Positions 17,816 to 26,351 of a stretch of 64,000 nucleotides of DNA are shown here, piece by piece. The translations under genes and the position numbers were made by a program. The DNA is taken from positions 3,306 to 67,305 of the forward strand of contig CAYUUT010000005.1 of assembly GCA_964448095.1 (NCBI GenBank). The letters are read 5' to 3'. The DNA comes from an uncultured Candidatus Saccharibacteria bacterium. GTDB lineage: Bacteria; Patescibacteriota; Saccharimonadia; Saccharimonadales; UBA10212. Below the pieces are notes generated by a model that had not been told where the DNA came from, did not search any database, and worked only from the letters and a program-made list of their open reading frames with translations. Positions within the stretch are counted from its first letter, which is position 1. The number at the start of each line of letters is the position of its first letter.

Positions 17816-19621
17816 TTAAATGACTCGCCAATACCACTCTATAGCGCTAGTTGGGCGCGGCGGCTTCTTCTCTCCCACTAATGGCCGTTCCCAGTGAGCC
17901 GTCATGACTCGCTGTGGTAAGCCGTTCTTTAGAAATTCATAATCCAGTTCTGCCACATTTTGCTGACCATAATTAACGGTCAGGCTATGACTGCCGTCAA
18001 ACTCGCCTAAAACTGCTGCCTCAACATTATATTTAGCGCAAGTCGCGATAAAACTATCGACGTTCTCTGGCGCTATGGCAGCCACCATCCTTTCCTGTGA
18101 TTCGCTCATCCAGATTTCCCAGGGTGCTAAACCGGGGTACTTTAGCGGCACTTTGGCGAGGTCGACAGTTGCGCCGATATCCTCGCCTAACTCGCCGATG
18201 GCCGATGAAAATCCTGCCGCTCCACAATCGGTTATGGCTCGGATATAGTCTAAATCTCTAGCTTCTAACAATGCGTCAAACATGCGTTTCTCTTCTATGG
18301 CATTGCCAATTTGCACGGCGCTGGAGTTAATTTGCGCTGTGTTGTCGGTCATTTCTCCGGAGCTGAAAGTAGCGCCATGGATGCCGTCACGGCCAGTGCG
18401 GCCGCCAATTGCCACCACTAAATCACCTAGTTGCGGCTCGCCTTTTCGGGCCCGAATTTCCGGCATGATGCCGTAAGCGCCCACGATAACAGATGGCTTA
18501 GCTCGGAAATCTTCATGATAATGAACCGAGCCGTTGGCAGTTGGGATACCCATACGGTTGCCGTAGTCGCACACGCCTTGAACGACTCTCCTCTGCAAAT
18601 AATCAGGGCGAAGTGTTCCTGGTGGTAATTTGCTAGGATCGAGGTCCGGCGGAGCGAAACAGAACATGTCAGTCGAGATAATATTTTTAGCGCCCTGGCC
18701 GGTTCCGGCAATATCGCGAAAGACCCCGCCGCTGCCAGTCATCGCGCCACCGTAAGGCTCGACTGCTGAAGGGCTATTGTGGGTTTCAACTTTTCCGCAA
18801 ATCGCTTGGCCGTCATAAAAACGTATGACTCCGGAATTATCACCGAACGCCGAAATTACCAGGTCGCCAAAATGCTCCTTAGCGGCTTCTCTGATTCGAG
18901 TAAACAGAGGTGGCTTTACAACCCCGTCCACTACCACTTCACCATTGAAGGTCTTGTGGCCGCAGTGTTCACTCCACCGGCCGGCGATAATCTCCAGTTC
19001 GCAGTCAGTAGGTTCTCTGCCCTGGCTGCGAAAATATTCTTGAATAACTTTCATTTCTTGTAAGTCCAAAAAAAGTTTCCCGGCTGATAGTTCATTCAAT
19101 TGTTCAGGCATAGCGTTAATTATCGGCACGGTCTTGACTGGCCCGACCTGGCCTTCAAAACGAAGGCTTTCAGGCGGTTCGGTAACCACATGTTGGACAA
19201 TTTTGTTGACCAATAAACCGCCAACAATCGCATCGACTTGTGCTGGACTAATGTTGCCTTCAAATGTATAGCGAGTTGAAGAATCAGCGGCAGTTAAATC
19301 GATGCCTATATCGGCAGCCGCTTTCAGGATAGAAGCGGCTGCCGGATTCATCACGCCGGGTTGATAAGCAACTTCTACGGTGTCAGGGTCATCATTTGGC
19401 TTGGTGTCTAGCTTGAAACTCTCAGTCACAGGATCGCTCAATAATTTGACCGCTAAAGCCTCTGCTTCTGACTCAGTTGTCCCCTCCAGGCGGTAGACCT
19501 TGGCTGTGCGGACTGCGGTTAAGTTATCTATCCCAAGAGTCCGCCGGGCTTCTTGAGCAACTCCCCGACCTGCGGGGTCGTCGTCTGTGGACGTTACTAT
19601 AACTTCATGAATTTTGCTCAC
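17816..19621 (-). CDS. purL: tandem PurS-like domains fused to PurL N-terminal half
   Basis: Two PurS-like repeats sit upstream of the PurL core, which contains SEHCGHKTF, GRTGRDGIHGATFSS and SESQERM. The ORF ends at TAA 17816..17818. Confidence 0.8.
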   Translation of the reverse strand: MSKIHEVIVTSTDDDPAGRGVAQEARRTLGIDNLTAVRTAKVYRLEGTTESEAEALAVKLLSDPVTESFKLDTKPNDDPDTVEVAYQPGVMNPAAASILKAAADIGIDLTAADSSTRYTFEGNISPAQVDAIVGGLLVNKIVQHVVTEPPESLRFEGQVGPVKTVPIINAMPEQLNELSAGKLFLDLQEMKVIQEYFRSQGREPTDCELEIIAGRWSEHCGHKTFNGEVVVDGVVKPPLFTRIREAAKEHFGDLVISAFGDNSGVIRFYDGQAICGKVETHNSPSAVEPYGGAMTGSGGVFRDIAGTGQGAKNIISTDMFCFAPPDLDPSKLPPGTLRPDYLQRRVVQGVCDYGNRMGIPTANGSVHYHEDFRAKPSVIVGAYGIMPEIRARKGEPQLGDLVVAIGGRTGRDGIHGATFSSGEMTDNTAQINSSAVQIGNAIEEKRMFDALLEARDLDYIRAITDCGAAGFSSAIGELGEDIGATVDLAKVPLKYPGLAPWEIWMSESQERMVAAIAPENVDSFIATCAKYNVEAAVLGEFDGSHSLTVNYGQQNVAELDYEFLKNGLPQRVMTAHWERPLVGEKKPPRPTSAIEWYWRVI

Positions 19622-20309
19622 GCCACTCCGCCTGATCTTTTAAGAACTGATCGATATCTGTGGGCAATTCCCGCTTTTCTACTAGCTGGGTTCGGGCAAA
19701 AAGTGCTTGCGGGCTGTCGTCCGGCTCCACGGGTACGCGGTGCTTGGCTATAATCGGGCCTTGGTCCACGCCAGCCGAAACCAGATGTACTGTGTGGGCA
19801 GAATACTTACGGCCTTTCGCTAAAACTTTCTTTGCGGCTTCAACGCCGGCAGTATCAGTCGTCAAAGGCAGTGGTCCGGGATGAGTGTTACTCATTCGGC
19901 CTTGGTAGATAGAGTCGTAAACAGGCTGGAATCCGTACTCGTCCAATAAATCGCCCGTCACAATCTTCATGTAGCCCATGAGTGCCACATGGTCAATTCC
20001 GCGCGCCGCTAGAGCTTCACAGATTTTTTCAGATTCCCACGGAGTTTGCCCTCTTGTGGCTTCCTCGCCCCTCCTAAGGGGGTATTGCCTACCGCTTATG
20101 TATAGAGTTTCTGCTCCCAACCTGTGGGCTTTGTTCAAGAATTTTACTCGACCAAATACTCCTGCGTCTGGATTATTACTGATAACCAGTGGCACCTCTA
20201 GGTCGGCCCTTTTGGATACGGTCGCCAGGATGAATGCCTCGGCGGTCGTACCGCCTCCCGAGGCTAGAATTGCCACCTGCGGCTTATGCAGCTCGCCCAT
20301 AACCCGCAA
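19605..20309 (-). CDS. purN: phosphoribosylglycinamide formyltransferase-like
   Basis: VAILASGGGTTAEAF and NTHPGPLP formyltransferase motifs, within the pur operon. Confidence 0.7.
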   Translation of the reverse strand: MRVMGELHKPQVAILASGGGTTAEAFILATVSKRADLEVPLVISNNPDAGVFGRVKFLNKAHRLGAETLYISGRQYPLRRGEEATRGQTPWESEKICEALAARGIDHVALMGYMKIVTGDLLDEYGFQPVYDSIYQGRMSNTHPGPLPLTTDTAGVEAAKKVLAKGRKYSAHTVHLVSAGVDQGPIIAKHRVPVEPDDSPQALFARTQLVEKRELPTDIDQFLKDQAEWREQNS

Positions 20310-21759
20310 GTTGTTGTCTTAGCTCGCGCCATTTGGCCACTTCGTTGTGGGTTTGCTCAACTGTTAGGCCAAGGTAGGCATGTTCAGGGTGCAAAACAAT
20401 CTCTTGTTCTGCCTCTGTCATCAGTGGCCAATAGGTACTTGCTATTTCTTCGTCGTCGATAACCGCCTCTCCTAAGTTTTGATCTTCATCCAGAGCTTTT
20501 TGAACAATTCTCTTAGCGGCATTATGCGCGGCGGGATGACCGTATTGACGCAAGTAAACTTGCAAGGGTTCGCTACCAATTGCGCCCTTTTGGGCTCCAA
20601 GATTTCTATCCAGATTGACGGTATCCACCTCGAGCTTAGGCAATATTCGGTTAAGAGTTTTGGCCATATGCGCCACTTCTGCCAGCATGATTCCATGAAA
20701 CCTGCCGGCCGAAGAATCTCGAAGATCACGTTGGTGCTCGCTGGTCAGATTTAGGTAGGAGGTCAGGACCTGTGGTATCACCACTCTCTCAAAACCAGCG
20801 ACTTGCTCAAAGGTTATGGGATTTCGCTTTTGCGGCATTGCCGATGAGCCTGTAGCGTGTTCTCTGTCGAAAGGCTCACCAACTTCACCAATTTCTGTGC
20901 GTTGGAGGTTCCGCATATCGTTAGCTATTTGAGCCATAATGCCCGCGGTGATGCCAAGTTCGGCTAGTAAGCGGGTGGTGTTTTCTGCAGGCACTATCTG
21001 CGTGGCGTGCTCGCAAGGCTCAAGTCCTAGCTTTGCTAGTAAAGCTGCCTCAAAAACTATTGGATTATCCATTATTAATGAGGAGGCGTTGTATCCGCCA
21101 ACGGCACCAGAAAATTTACCCTGCAAGCCGAAAGTGTGCCGATCTAATTCCGTGGCCGATTCACCTAAACGGCCTAAGTAGCGTGAGACTCCGAAGCCGA
21201 AAGTGATTGGTACCGCGTGCTGTCCGTGAGTTCGGCCTATCTGGGGCGTATCTGCGTACCTTTCCGCTAAATCGGCTAAATTGTCGCCAAGCTTTACAAG
21301 CCTTGGCATTACCAGCCCGTTCATCGCTTCGCGGTATTGCAAGGCGTTGGCTGTAGAAACTATGTCATACGAGGTCGCCGTTGCGTGGACCCAAGGCTTA
21401 GCCTCATCGCTAATTTGTGCCGATATGGCTTCGGTTAAAGCTTTGATGTCGTGGCGTGTCCCGCGGCCATCGAATTCTCCCCGTCCGTATTCACGGTCGT
21501 CTACTTCCTTGGCGCTAACATTTGCGCAAGCCGCTTCAATTTCCATGGCGACTTCTCTGGAGCAAATATCAAAATCGGCCAGAGTGTGAGCCAGTGCGGC
21601 TTCGACATAAGCCTGTAAAGCGATTCGGGTTTCGCCCCCCAGATACTTTTCGGCCTCAGGATCTCTGTAGCGGCCGTCCATAGGATCAATATCACCATAA
21701 TAATCAGAACGAGATTCTGCTGCTGGGGGAATAAAGGCACCTAAATTGTGTTCAGCCAT
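20284..21759 (-). CDS. purB: adenylosuccinate lyase
   Basis: Lyase-1 signature GSSAMPQKRNP, TSYD and RTHGQHA motifs, within the pur operon. Confidence 0.85.
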   Translation of the reverse strand: MAEHNLGAFIPPAAESRSDYYGDIDPMDGRYRDPEAEKYLGGETRIALQAYVEAALAHTLADFDICSREVAMEIEAACANVSAKEVDDREYGRGEFDGRGTRHDIKALTEAISAQISDEAKPWVHATATSYDIVSTANALQYREAMNGLVMPRLVKLGDNLADLAERYADTPQIGRTHGQHAVPITFGFGVSRYLGRLGESATELDRHTFGLQGKFSGAVGGYNASSLIMDNPIVFEAALLAKLGLEPCEHATQIVPAENTTRLLAELGITAGIMAQIANDMRNLQRTEIGEVGEPFDREHATGSSAMPQKRNPITFEQVAGFERVVIPQVLTSYLNLTSEHQRDLRDSSAGRFHGIMLAEVAHMAKTLNRILPKLEVDTVNLDRNLGAQKGAIGSEPLQVYLRQYGHPAAHNAAKRIVQKALDEDQNLGEAVIDDEEIASTYWPLMTEAEQEIVLHPEHAYLGLTVEQTHNEVAKWRELRQQLAGYGRAA

Positions 21760-21772
21760 GCCCGCCTAACTT

Positions 21773-21801
21773 TTATAATATTTATAGATTAACTTGTACA
21801 A
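21773..21801 (-). promoter_or_regulatory. candidate purB promoter
   Basis: Minus strand reads TTGTAC-17nt-TTATAA, ending 13 nt before the purB ATG. Confidence 0.4.
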
Positions 21802-21803
21802 AT

Positions 21804-21838
21804 AACACCTGCAAGCATAAGCAGATTTAATAATAAGT
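21804..21838. repeat. left copy of the sequence bracketing the purE-purC cassette
   Basis: AACACC-TGCAAGCATAAGC-AGATTTA-ATAATAAGT matches 23405..23476 apart from two blocks present only in the right copy. Confidence 0.6.
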
Positions 21839-21842
21839 CTTG

Positions 21843-21880
21843 CCGGGGGTGTGTAGCGTATTCCGCATACACACCCCCGG
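21843..21880 (-). terminator. GC-rich hairpin downstream of purC
   Basis: ccgggggtgtgta ... tacacacccccgg forms a 13-bp stem, plus an inner gcg/cgc pairing. Confidence 0.6.
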
Positions 21881-21898
21881 TATCGTCCTCCACTTCCC

Positions 21899-22783
21899 CT
21901 ACCAGACGAGCGGGTCGCTGCCCGTCAGACGCCCAGCGATGTTGCCGTACGTGGCTCGGGTGCGGTCGATGAGCTCGCCGGGCATCTCCGGCGCCGGCGG
22001 CTTCTTGTCCCAGCCGAGGCTTTCGTAGTAGTCGCGAACCAGCTGCTTGTCCATCGACTTGGGCGGTTTGCCCACTTCGTGGGTCTCAACTGCGACATAC
22101 CGCGATGAATCCGGTGTGAGCACCTCGTCGCCGAGCGTCAGCTCGCCCGTCTCCGGGTCGAGGCCGAACTCGAACTTGGTGTCCACCAGGATGATGCCCT
22201 GCTCCAGCGCGTAGGCTGCGCCGGCGACGTAGAGCTCCAGCGCTCGATCGCGTACTCGCTCGGCGAGCACCTGGTCTCCCAGAATCCGCACCATGCCCTC
22301 GAAGTCGATGTTCTCGTCGTGCCCGACTTCGGCCTTGGTCGAAGGCGTGAACAGCGGCTCCGGGAACTTCTCCATCTCCTGCATGTCGGCCGGTAGTTCG
22401 ATGCCGCTGACCATGCCGGTTCGCTGGTAGTCCTTCCAGCCCGAGCCGGTGAGGTAGCCGCGGACGATGGCCTCGACCGGCAGCATGTTCAGCCGCCGGA
22501 CGACCATCGTTCTTGGGGCGTCCTCGGAATCGAGCCAGCCGGGCGTGTGCCAGCCGTCGGGCGAGATCAGGTGATGCGGCATGACCTCGCCGACTGGCGT
22601 CTGCGTCAGCCAGTGCTGGGTCATGTGCGTCAGCACGATGCCCTTGCCGGGAACCGGCTGGGGTAGTACGACGTCGAACACGCTGATGCGGTCGCTAGCG
22701 ATCACGACCAACATGTCCGGCTCGTCACCGGGGTAGGTATCGCGCACCTTCCCCCGATGAAGCATTTCCGGCTTAGCCGTCAT
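21899..22783 (-). CDS. purC: SAICAR synthetase (GC-rich, long form)
   Basis: LHRGKVRDTY, ASDRISVFD, LVDTKFEFG and TPDSSRY motifs. Markedly higher GC than purB or purH by eye. Confidence 0.85.
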   Translation of the reverse strand: MTAKPEMLHRGKVRDTYPGDEPDMLVVIASDRISVFDVVLPQPVPGKGIVLTHMTQHWLTQTPVGEVMPHHLISPDGWHTPGWLDSEDAPRTMVVRRLNMLPVEAIVRGYLTGSGWKDYQRTGMVSGIELPADMQEMEKFPEPLFTPSTKAEVGHDENIDFEGMVRILGDQVLAERVRDRALELYVAGAAYALEQGIILVDTKFEFGLDPETGELTLGDEVLTPDSSRYVAVETHEVGKPPKSMDKQLVRDYYESLGWDKKPPAPEMPGELIDRTRATYGNIAGRLTGSDPLVW

Positions 22784-22792
22784 GTGCTCCTC

Positions 22793-23266
22793 CTAGAGCT
22801 CGATGTTGAAGTTGGCCGGCTTGGCGTTGAGATCCAGGTAGGCCCGAAGCCGCCTGGCGACTTCGTGGTCGGTTGCCGCCAGTATCTGTCCGGCGGCGAT
22901 GGCGGCGTTCTTGAGGCCTGCCTTGCCTACTCCCGCCGTCAGGACTGGTACGCCCGGCGGCATGTACAGGCAGGAGTCGATGCCGTTCTCGTCGAGCGGC
23001 ACTCCGATGACCGGCTTGCTCATGCCCGTGTTGCCGGCGATAGCGCCCGGCAGGGCGGTGGCCATTCCGGCGACGGCGATGAAGACCAAGGTTCCGTCTT
23101 CGCACGACGCTTTGCAGAATGCCGCGAGCTCGTCGGGGTTGCGGTGAGCCGAGCAGATTGAAACCGCCCGGTCCGCCCCCAGTTGATCGAGAATGTCCAG
23201 CATTCCCGATTCCTTGACGACACCCTCGTCGCTCTTGCTTCCTATTACTACCTGTACCTTTGGCAC
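22793..23266 (-). CDS. purE: N5-CAIR mutase (class I PurE-like, SAHR motif)
   Basis: VQVVIGSKSD, SAHRNP and GVPVLTAGVG motifs. GTG start after GGAAGGA. The purE stop is followed by GAGGAGcacATG of purC. Confidence 0.85.
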   Translation of the reverse strand: MPKVQVVIGSKSDEGVVKESGMLDILDQLGADRAVSICSAHRNPDELAAFCKASCEDGTLVFIAVAGMATALPGAIAGNTGMSKPVIGVPLDENGIDSCLYMPPGVPVLTAGVGKAGLKNAAIAAGQILAATDHEVARRLRAYLDLNAKPANFNIEL

Positions 23267-23325
23267 GGTGTGTCCTTCCTGTCTGGATGGATGCGCGCTT
23301 ACTCGCGTCTTTCGTCAAACTGTTT

Positions 23326-23434
23326 CGATAGGGTTCCTCCCATCGTAGTGAAGGTCCGATTACAAGCGGTTAAACCTGCATAGCAAAATCATCACACGGG
23401 GTAAAACACTTTGCAAGCATGAGCGTTACCGAGA
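23326..23434 (+). promoter_or_regulatory. ykkC-yxkD-family riboswitch-like motif (guanidine-I / ppGpp / PRPP class) upstream of purH
   Basis: In order and with plausible spacing: TAGGGTTCC (23329..37), GGTCCGA (23353..59) and ACACGG (23394..99). These are followed by GGTAA...TTACC (23400..04 pairs with 23426..30) and GAGA. Matches my recollection of the ykkC consensus blocks CUAGGGUUCC / GGUCCGAGAG / ACACGG..hairpin..GGAGA. Confidence 0.45.
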
Positions 23435-23476
23435 TTTATAGGTTTGCAATACCTAGCCCAGTCATTAATAATAAGT
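23405..23476. repeat. right copy of the sequence bracketing the purE-purC cassette
   Basis: AACACTTTGCAAGCATGAGC[gttaccg]AGATTTA[taggtttgcaatacctagcccagtcatta]ATAATAAGT. The bracketed blocks are absent from the left copy. Confidence 0.6.
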
Positions 23477-23518
23477 TTTATAAAACAGCTGGGTGGTGCA
23501 GCCTAAGGAGGTAGTGCC

Positions 23519-25141
23519 ATGGCCGATAAAGAAAATGCTCTAATCTCGGTTTATAACAAAAATGGACTGGAAGAATTTGCCGATGGCTTGGTGGCTCAAG
23601 GCTTTAATATCTACGCTTCCGGCGGCACAGCCAGAAGAATTAGCGAAGCCGATATCCCGGTCACCGACGTAGCGGAATTAATAGGCGGTGGTTCTATTCT
23701 GGGTCACCGAGTCGTCACTTTATCGCGTGAAGTCCATGCCGCTCTCTTGGCCCAAAAGACACCTGAAGACCTTGAGGAGCTGGAACGTTTAGGGATACCT
23801 TTGATAGATCTGGTCGCCGTAGATATGTATCCTTTGCGTGATGAGTTAGCCAAGCCCGACAGCACAGAGGAAAGTGTCACGGAACAGACTGATATCGGTG
23901 GCCCAACTATGTTACGGGCCGCCGCCAAAGGTCGCCGGATTGTCTTATCAAGAGTTGAGCAGCGAGCCGAAGTTCTGGAGTGGCTCAAAAATGGCCGGCC
24001 CGACGAGGAAGAATTCCGCCGCCGTTTAGCAGGTATCGCTGAATACGAAGTCGCGGCCTATGTACTGGAGTCGGCCAGGTATTTGGGAGGCCCGGCCGTT
24101 TTTGGCTTTATGGGCCAAAGGGTCTCGACGCCGCTTTATGGTGAAAATCCATGGCAAGGCAACGCTGGAATCTATATGGACAGAAACAGCACTAACCCCT
24201 TGGCCTTCCACCGTTTTGAACAGCATGGCGGCATTGAAACCAGCTACAACAACGTGGTTGAATTTGCTGAGCGGATGACCCAGACCGTAGCCCACATTGC
24301 GGCTGGTTTTGAAAAGAATTTTGGCGAAGTGCCAGCTTTGGCGATTGGCGTTAAGCACGGCAATCCGTGTGGTGCCGCATACGCCAACACCCCCCATGAA
24401 GCCATTAGAAAGATGATTGAGGGTGACGAGCGGGCAATTTTTGGCGGTTCTATTATGTTGAATTTTGAACTGGACGGGGAGCTAGCGGAACTACTGGTGA
24501 GCCATGGCATGCCGAGTGACCAGAAACGTTTGTTGGATATCGTCATAGCCGCCGGCGCCGATGAAGACACGATTGATATTTTGCAGCGCAAAACCGGCAA
24601 ACTAAGACTTTTGACTAATCCGGCGCTAGCAGAGCTAGGCGTCGATTCGTTGGACACAAAACCACGATTTAGGTATATACCGGACGGGGCCGCGGTTCAG
24701 GATAATTACACCTACGTTCCAAACTTAAAGCGCGATGCAGCAATATTGGCCGGCGGCTGGGTAAGTCCTGAGCAAGAGCGCGATTTAGTTTTGGCCTGGG
24801 GGGTTGGCTCAACTAGCAATAGCAATACCATAACCTTAGTTAAAGACGGCAAGTTAATAGGTAACGGCGTAGGCCAACAGGATAGAGTCGGAGCAGCCGA
24901 ATTAGCCATAAAGCGAGCTAAAGATGCAGGACATAATGTGGAAGGAGCTTGCGCCTACAGTGATAGTTTCTTCCCTTATCCGGATGGGCCTCTAATCCTC
25001 GCGGAAGCTGGTATCGGAATAATTCTGTCCAGCAGCGGCTCTGTAAAAGACTCGGAGATAGCCGAGGCTTTAGCAGCCAAAAAATTGCAGAGCTTCTTAA
25101 CCCTCCCCGACAAAGAAGCCCGCGGCTTCTTCGGCCACTAG
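23519..25141 (+). CDS. purH: bifunctional AICAR transformylase / IMP cyclohydrolase
   Basis: SD AAGGAGGtagtgccATG. MGS-like N-terminus ALISVYNKNGLEEFA..ASGGTA and an AICARFT domain (GVKHGNPCGAA, GQQDRV). Confidence 0.9.
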   Translation: MADKENALISVYNKNGLEEFADGLVAQGFNIYASGGTARRISEADIPVTDVAELIGGGSILGHRVVTLSREVHAALLAQKTPEDLEELERLGIPLIDLVAVDMYPLRDELAKPDSTEESVTEQTDIGGPTMLRAAAKGRRIVLSRVEQRAEVLEWLKNGRPDEEEFRRRLAGIAEYEVAAYVLESARYLGGPAVFGFMGQRVSTPLYGENPWQGNAGIYMDRNSTNPLAFHRFEQHGGIETSYNNVVEFAERMTQTVAHIAAGFEKNFGEVPALAIGVKHGNPCGAAYANTPHEAIRKMIEGDERAIFGGSIMLNFELDGELAELLVSHGMPSDQKRLLDIVIAAGADEDTIDILQRKTGKLRLLTNPALAELGVDSLDTKPRFRYIPDGAAVQDNYTYVPNLKRDAAILAGGWVSPEQERDLVLAWGVGSTSNSNTITLVKDGKLIGNGVGQQDRVGAAELAIKRAKDAGHNVEGACAYSDSFFPYPDGPLILAEAGIGIILSSSGSVKDSEIAEALAAKKLQSFLTLPDKEARGFFGH

Positions 25142-25217
25142 TCGACGCAGGCGTCTTGGTTCAGCAGACGCTGGCGCATTTGGGCAAAGCGGCGCTGCTG
25201 CTCCAGGGCGATTTCTT
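25138..25217. repeat. 80-nt copy of the rnj 3' coding end (75/80 identical to 26352..26431 by hand alignment)
   Basis: It begins at the CTAG that also holds the purH stop. On the minus strand it would encode ...EIALEQQRRFAQMRQRLLNQDACVD*. Confidence 0.85.
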
Positions 25218-25233
25218 GCAAAAACCTTCAAAC

Positions 25234-26241
25234 CTAATGGGTGTTCGCCAAATCAACCATTTCTTGAATTGTTGCCGGTTGCAGGCTGTCCAATATTTGC
25301 TTTAGCTGATCTTTATCAAATATCTGCTGGCTCGAGAAACTGATTAAAGTCGAGCCAATCTTACAGAAACCGTATGTTGATGATACTGGCTGATCACCTG
25401 CTCCTACCTGTGCGTAGTAAACCTGGCAGCCACTTGAGGATTTACCAATATCTGTGCAGGTAAAGTTGTAGTAACCTGAATCCGGGTCCGGGTAGCCGGC
25501 AGTCGGACTCATACACCAATTGGGTGGATTATAATTTGCGGGAGCTTTAAATTCATTGAGCTTGCTATAATCATCGAGCCTAATCTCGTAAAACGGCTGA
25601 GTAGGCTCATATTTATTAAAAAAAGTAGATGCAACAGCATAACCGGGTTTATAAAGCTGGGTATTTAAGGACTTAAGCTGGGTGGCTAAACGGTGTTTAT
25701 CACCAAGATTATCCAGGGTCTTAATAAAAGGCGGCATGATGAGGATAAAAATAAATATTTCAATAGCGGCTAGACCAATTCCTGAAGTCCAGTCACTGAA
25801 TCTAAGTTTTTGGTCAAACAGCTTGATTTCAATTGGCAGGATGATGACGGCAAGAACAGCAGTTATGGCGAAGCCGAATAATTCTTGCCTGCCTCCGGAA
25901 TTAAACGATTCGGGTCTGAGCTGATAGCTAAGTGTGGCTCCAATAACATAGGCCGGGACAGTCGTAAACAGAAAAGCATATATTGCCAAAGCTCTTCTAC
26001 TGGTTACCAGCCATAGCATCAAGAATATTCCTGAAACTATGTAGGCTATGAATCCATCTATTATTGAGCTAAGAACGTCCCCTATACCACAAGCTATGCC
26101 GGGCCCTTCACAGGCAGCGGGATTATTAATCGAGTAGGATGCGACCGCAAAGGCAATCGCAAAAGCTGCCACGGCAGTAATAGCTGAGCCAATCAGCCAG
26201 TATTTTTTGAGCTGCCCATTGTTGGGCAGTTCGGTCTTCAT
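25234..26241 (-). CDS. multi-pass membrane protein with a Cys-containing extracytoplasmic C-terminal domain (hypothetical)
   Basis: 335 aa. About 5-6 hydrophobic helices, then a soluble domain (NPPNWCMSPTAGYPDPDSGYYNFTCTDIGKSSSGCQVYY). Lies between the two 80-nt repeats. Confidence 0.6.
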   Translation of the reverse strand: MKTELPNNGQLKKYWLIGSAITAVAAFAIAFAVASYSINNPAACEGPGIACGIGDVLSSIIDGFIAYIVSGIFLMLWLVTSRRALAIYAFLFTTVPAYVIGATLSYQLRPESFNSGGRQELFGFAITAVLAVIILPIEIKLFDQKLRFSDWTSGIGLAAIEIFIFILIMPPFIKTLDNLGDKHRLATQLKSLNTQLYKPGYAVASTFFNKYEPTQPFYEIRLDDYSKLNEFKAPANYNPPNWCMSPTAGYPDPDSGYYNFTCTDIGKSSSGCQVYYAQVGAGDQPVSSTYGFCKIGSTLISFSSQQIFDKDQLKQILDSLQPATIQEMVDLANTH

Positions 26242-26351
26242 AGCAATTATTAAATAGTAAAGGCTTTATTTATGCTAATGTTAGATTCACGCAAAGGCTC
26301 GCTAATTGGCGTGGAGTGAGCTGAATATCTGGCGAGAAAATAGAGCAAACG

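Noticed and set aside
22773-23318. 181-aa Arg-rich ORF and other alternative-frame ORFs over purE/purC (22757..23161, 22899..23147, 23020..23223)
   Set aside because: High-GC DNA keeps several frames open. Only the purE and purC frames give conserved enzyme motifs.
23412-23476. Two TTGCAA-N16/17-(A)TAATAA-type promoter-like arrangements upstream of purH
   Set aside because: They would be plausible purH promoters, but they sit downstream of or inside the riboswitch-like motif, and the same words form the cassette-flanking repeat. I cannot tell promoter from repeat without TSS data, so they are not annotated as promoters.
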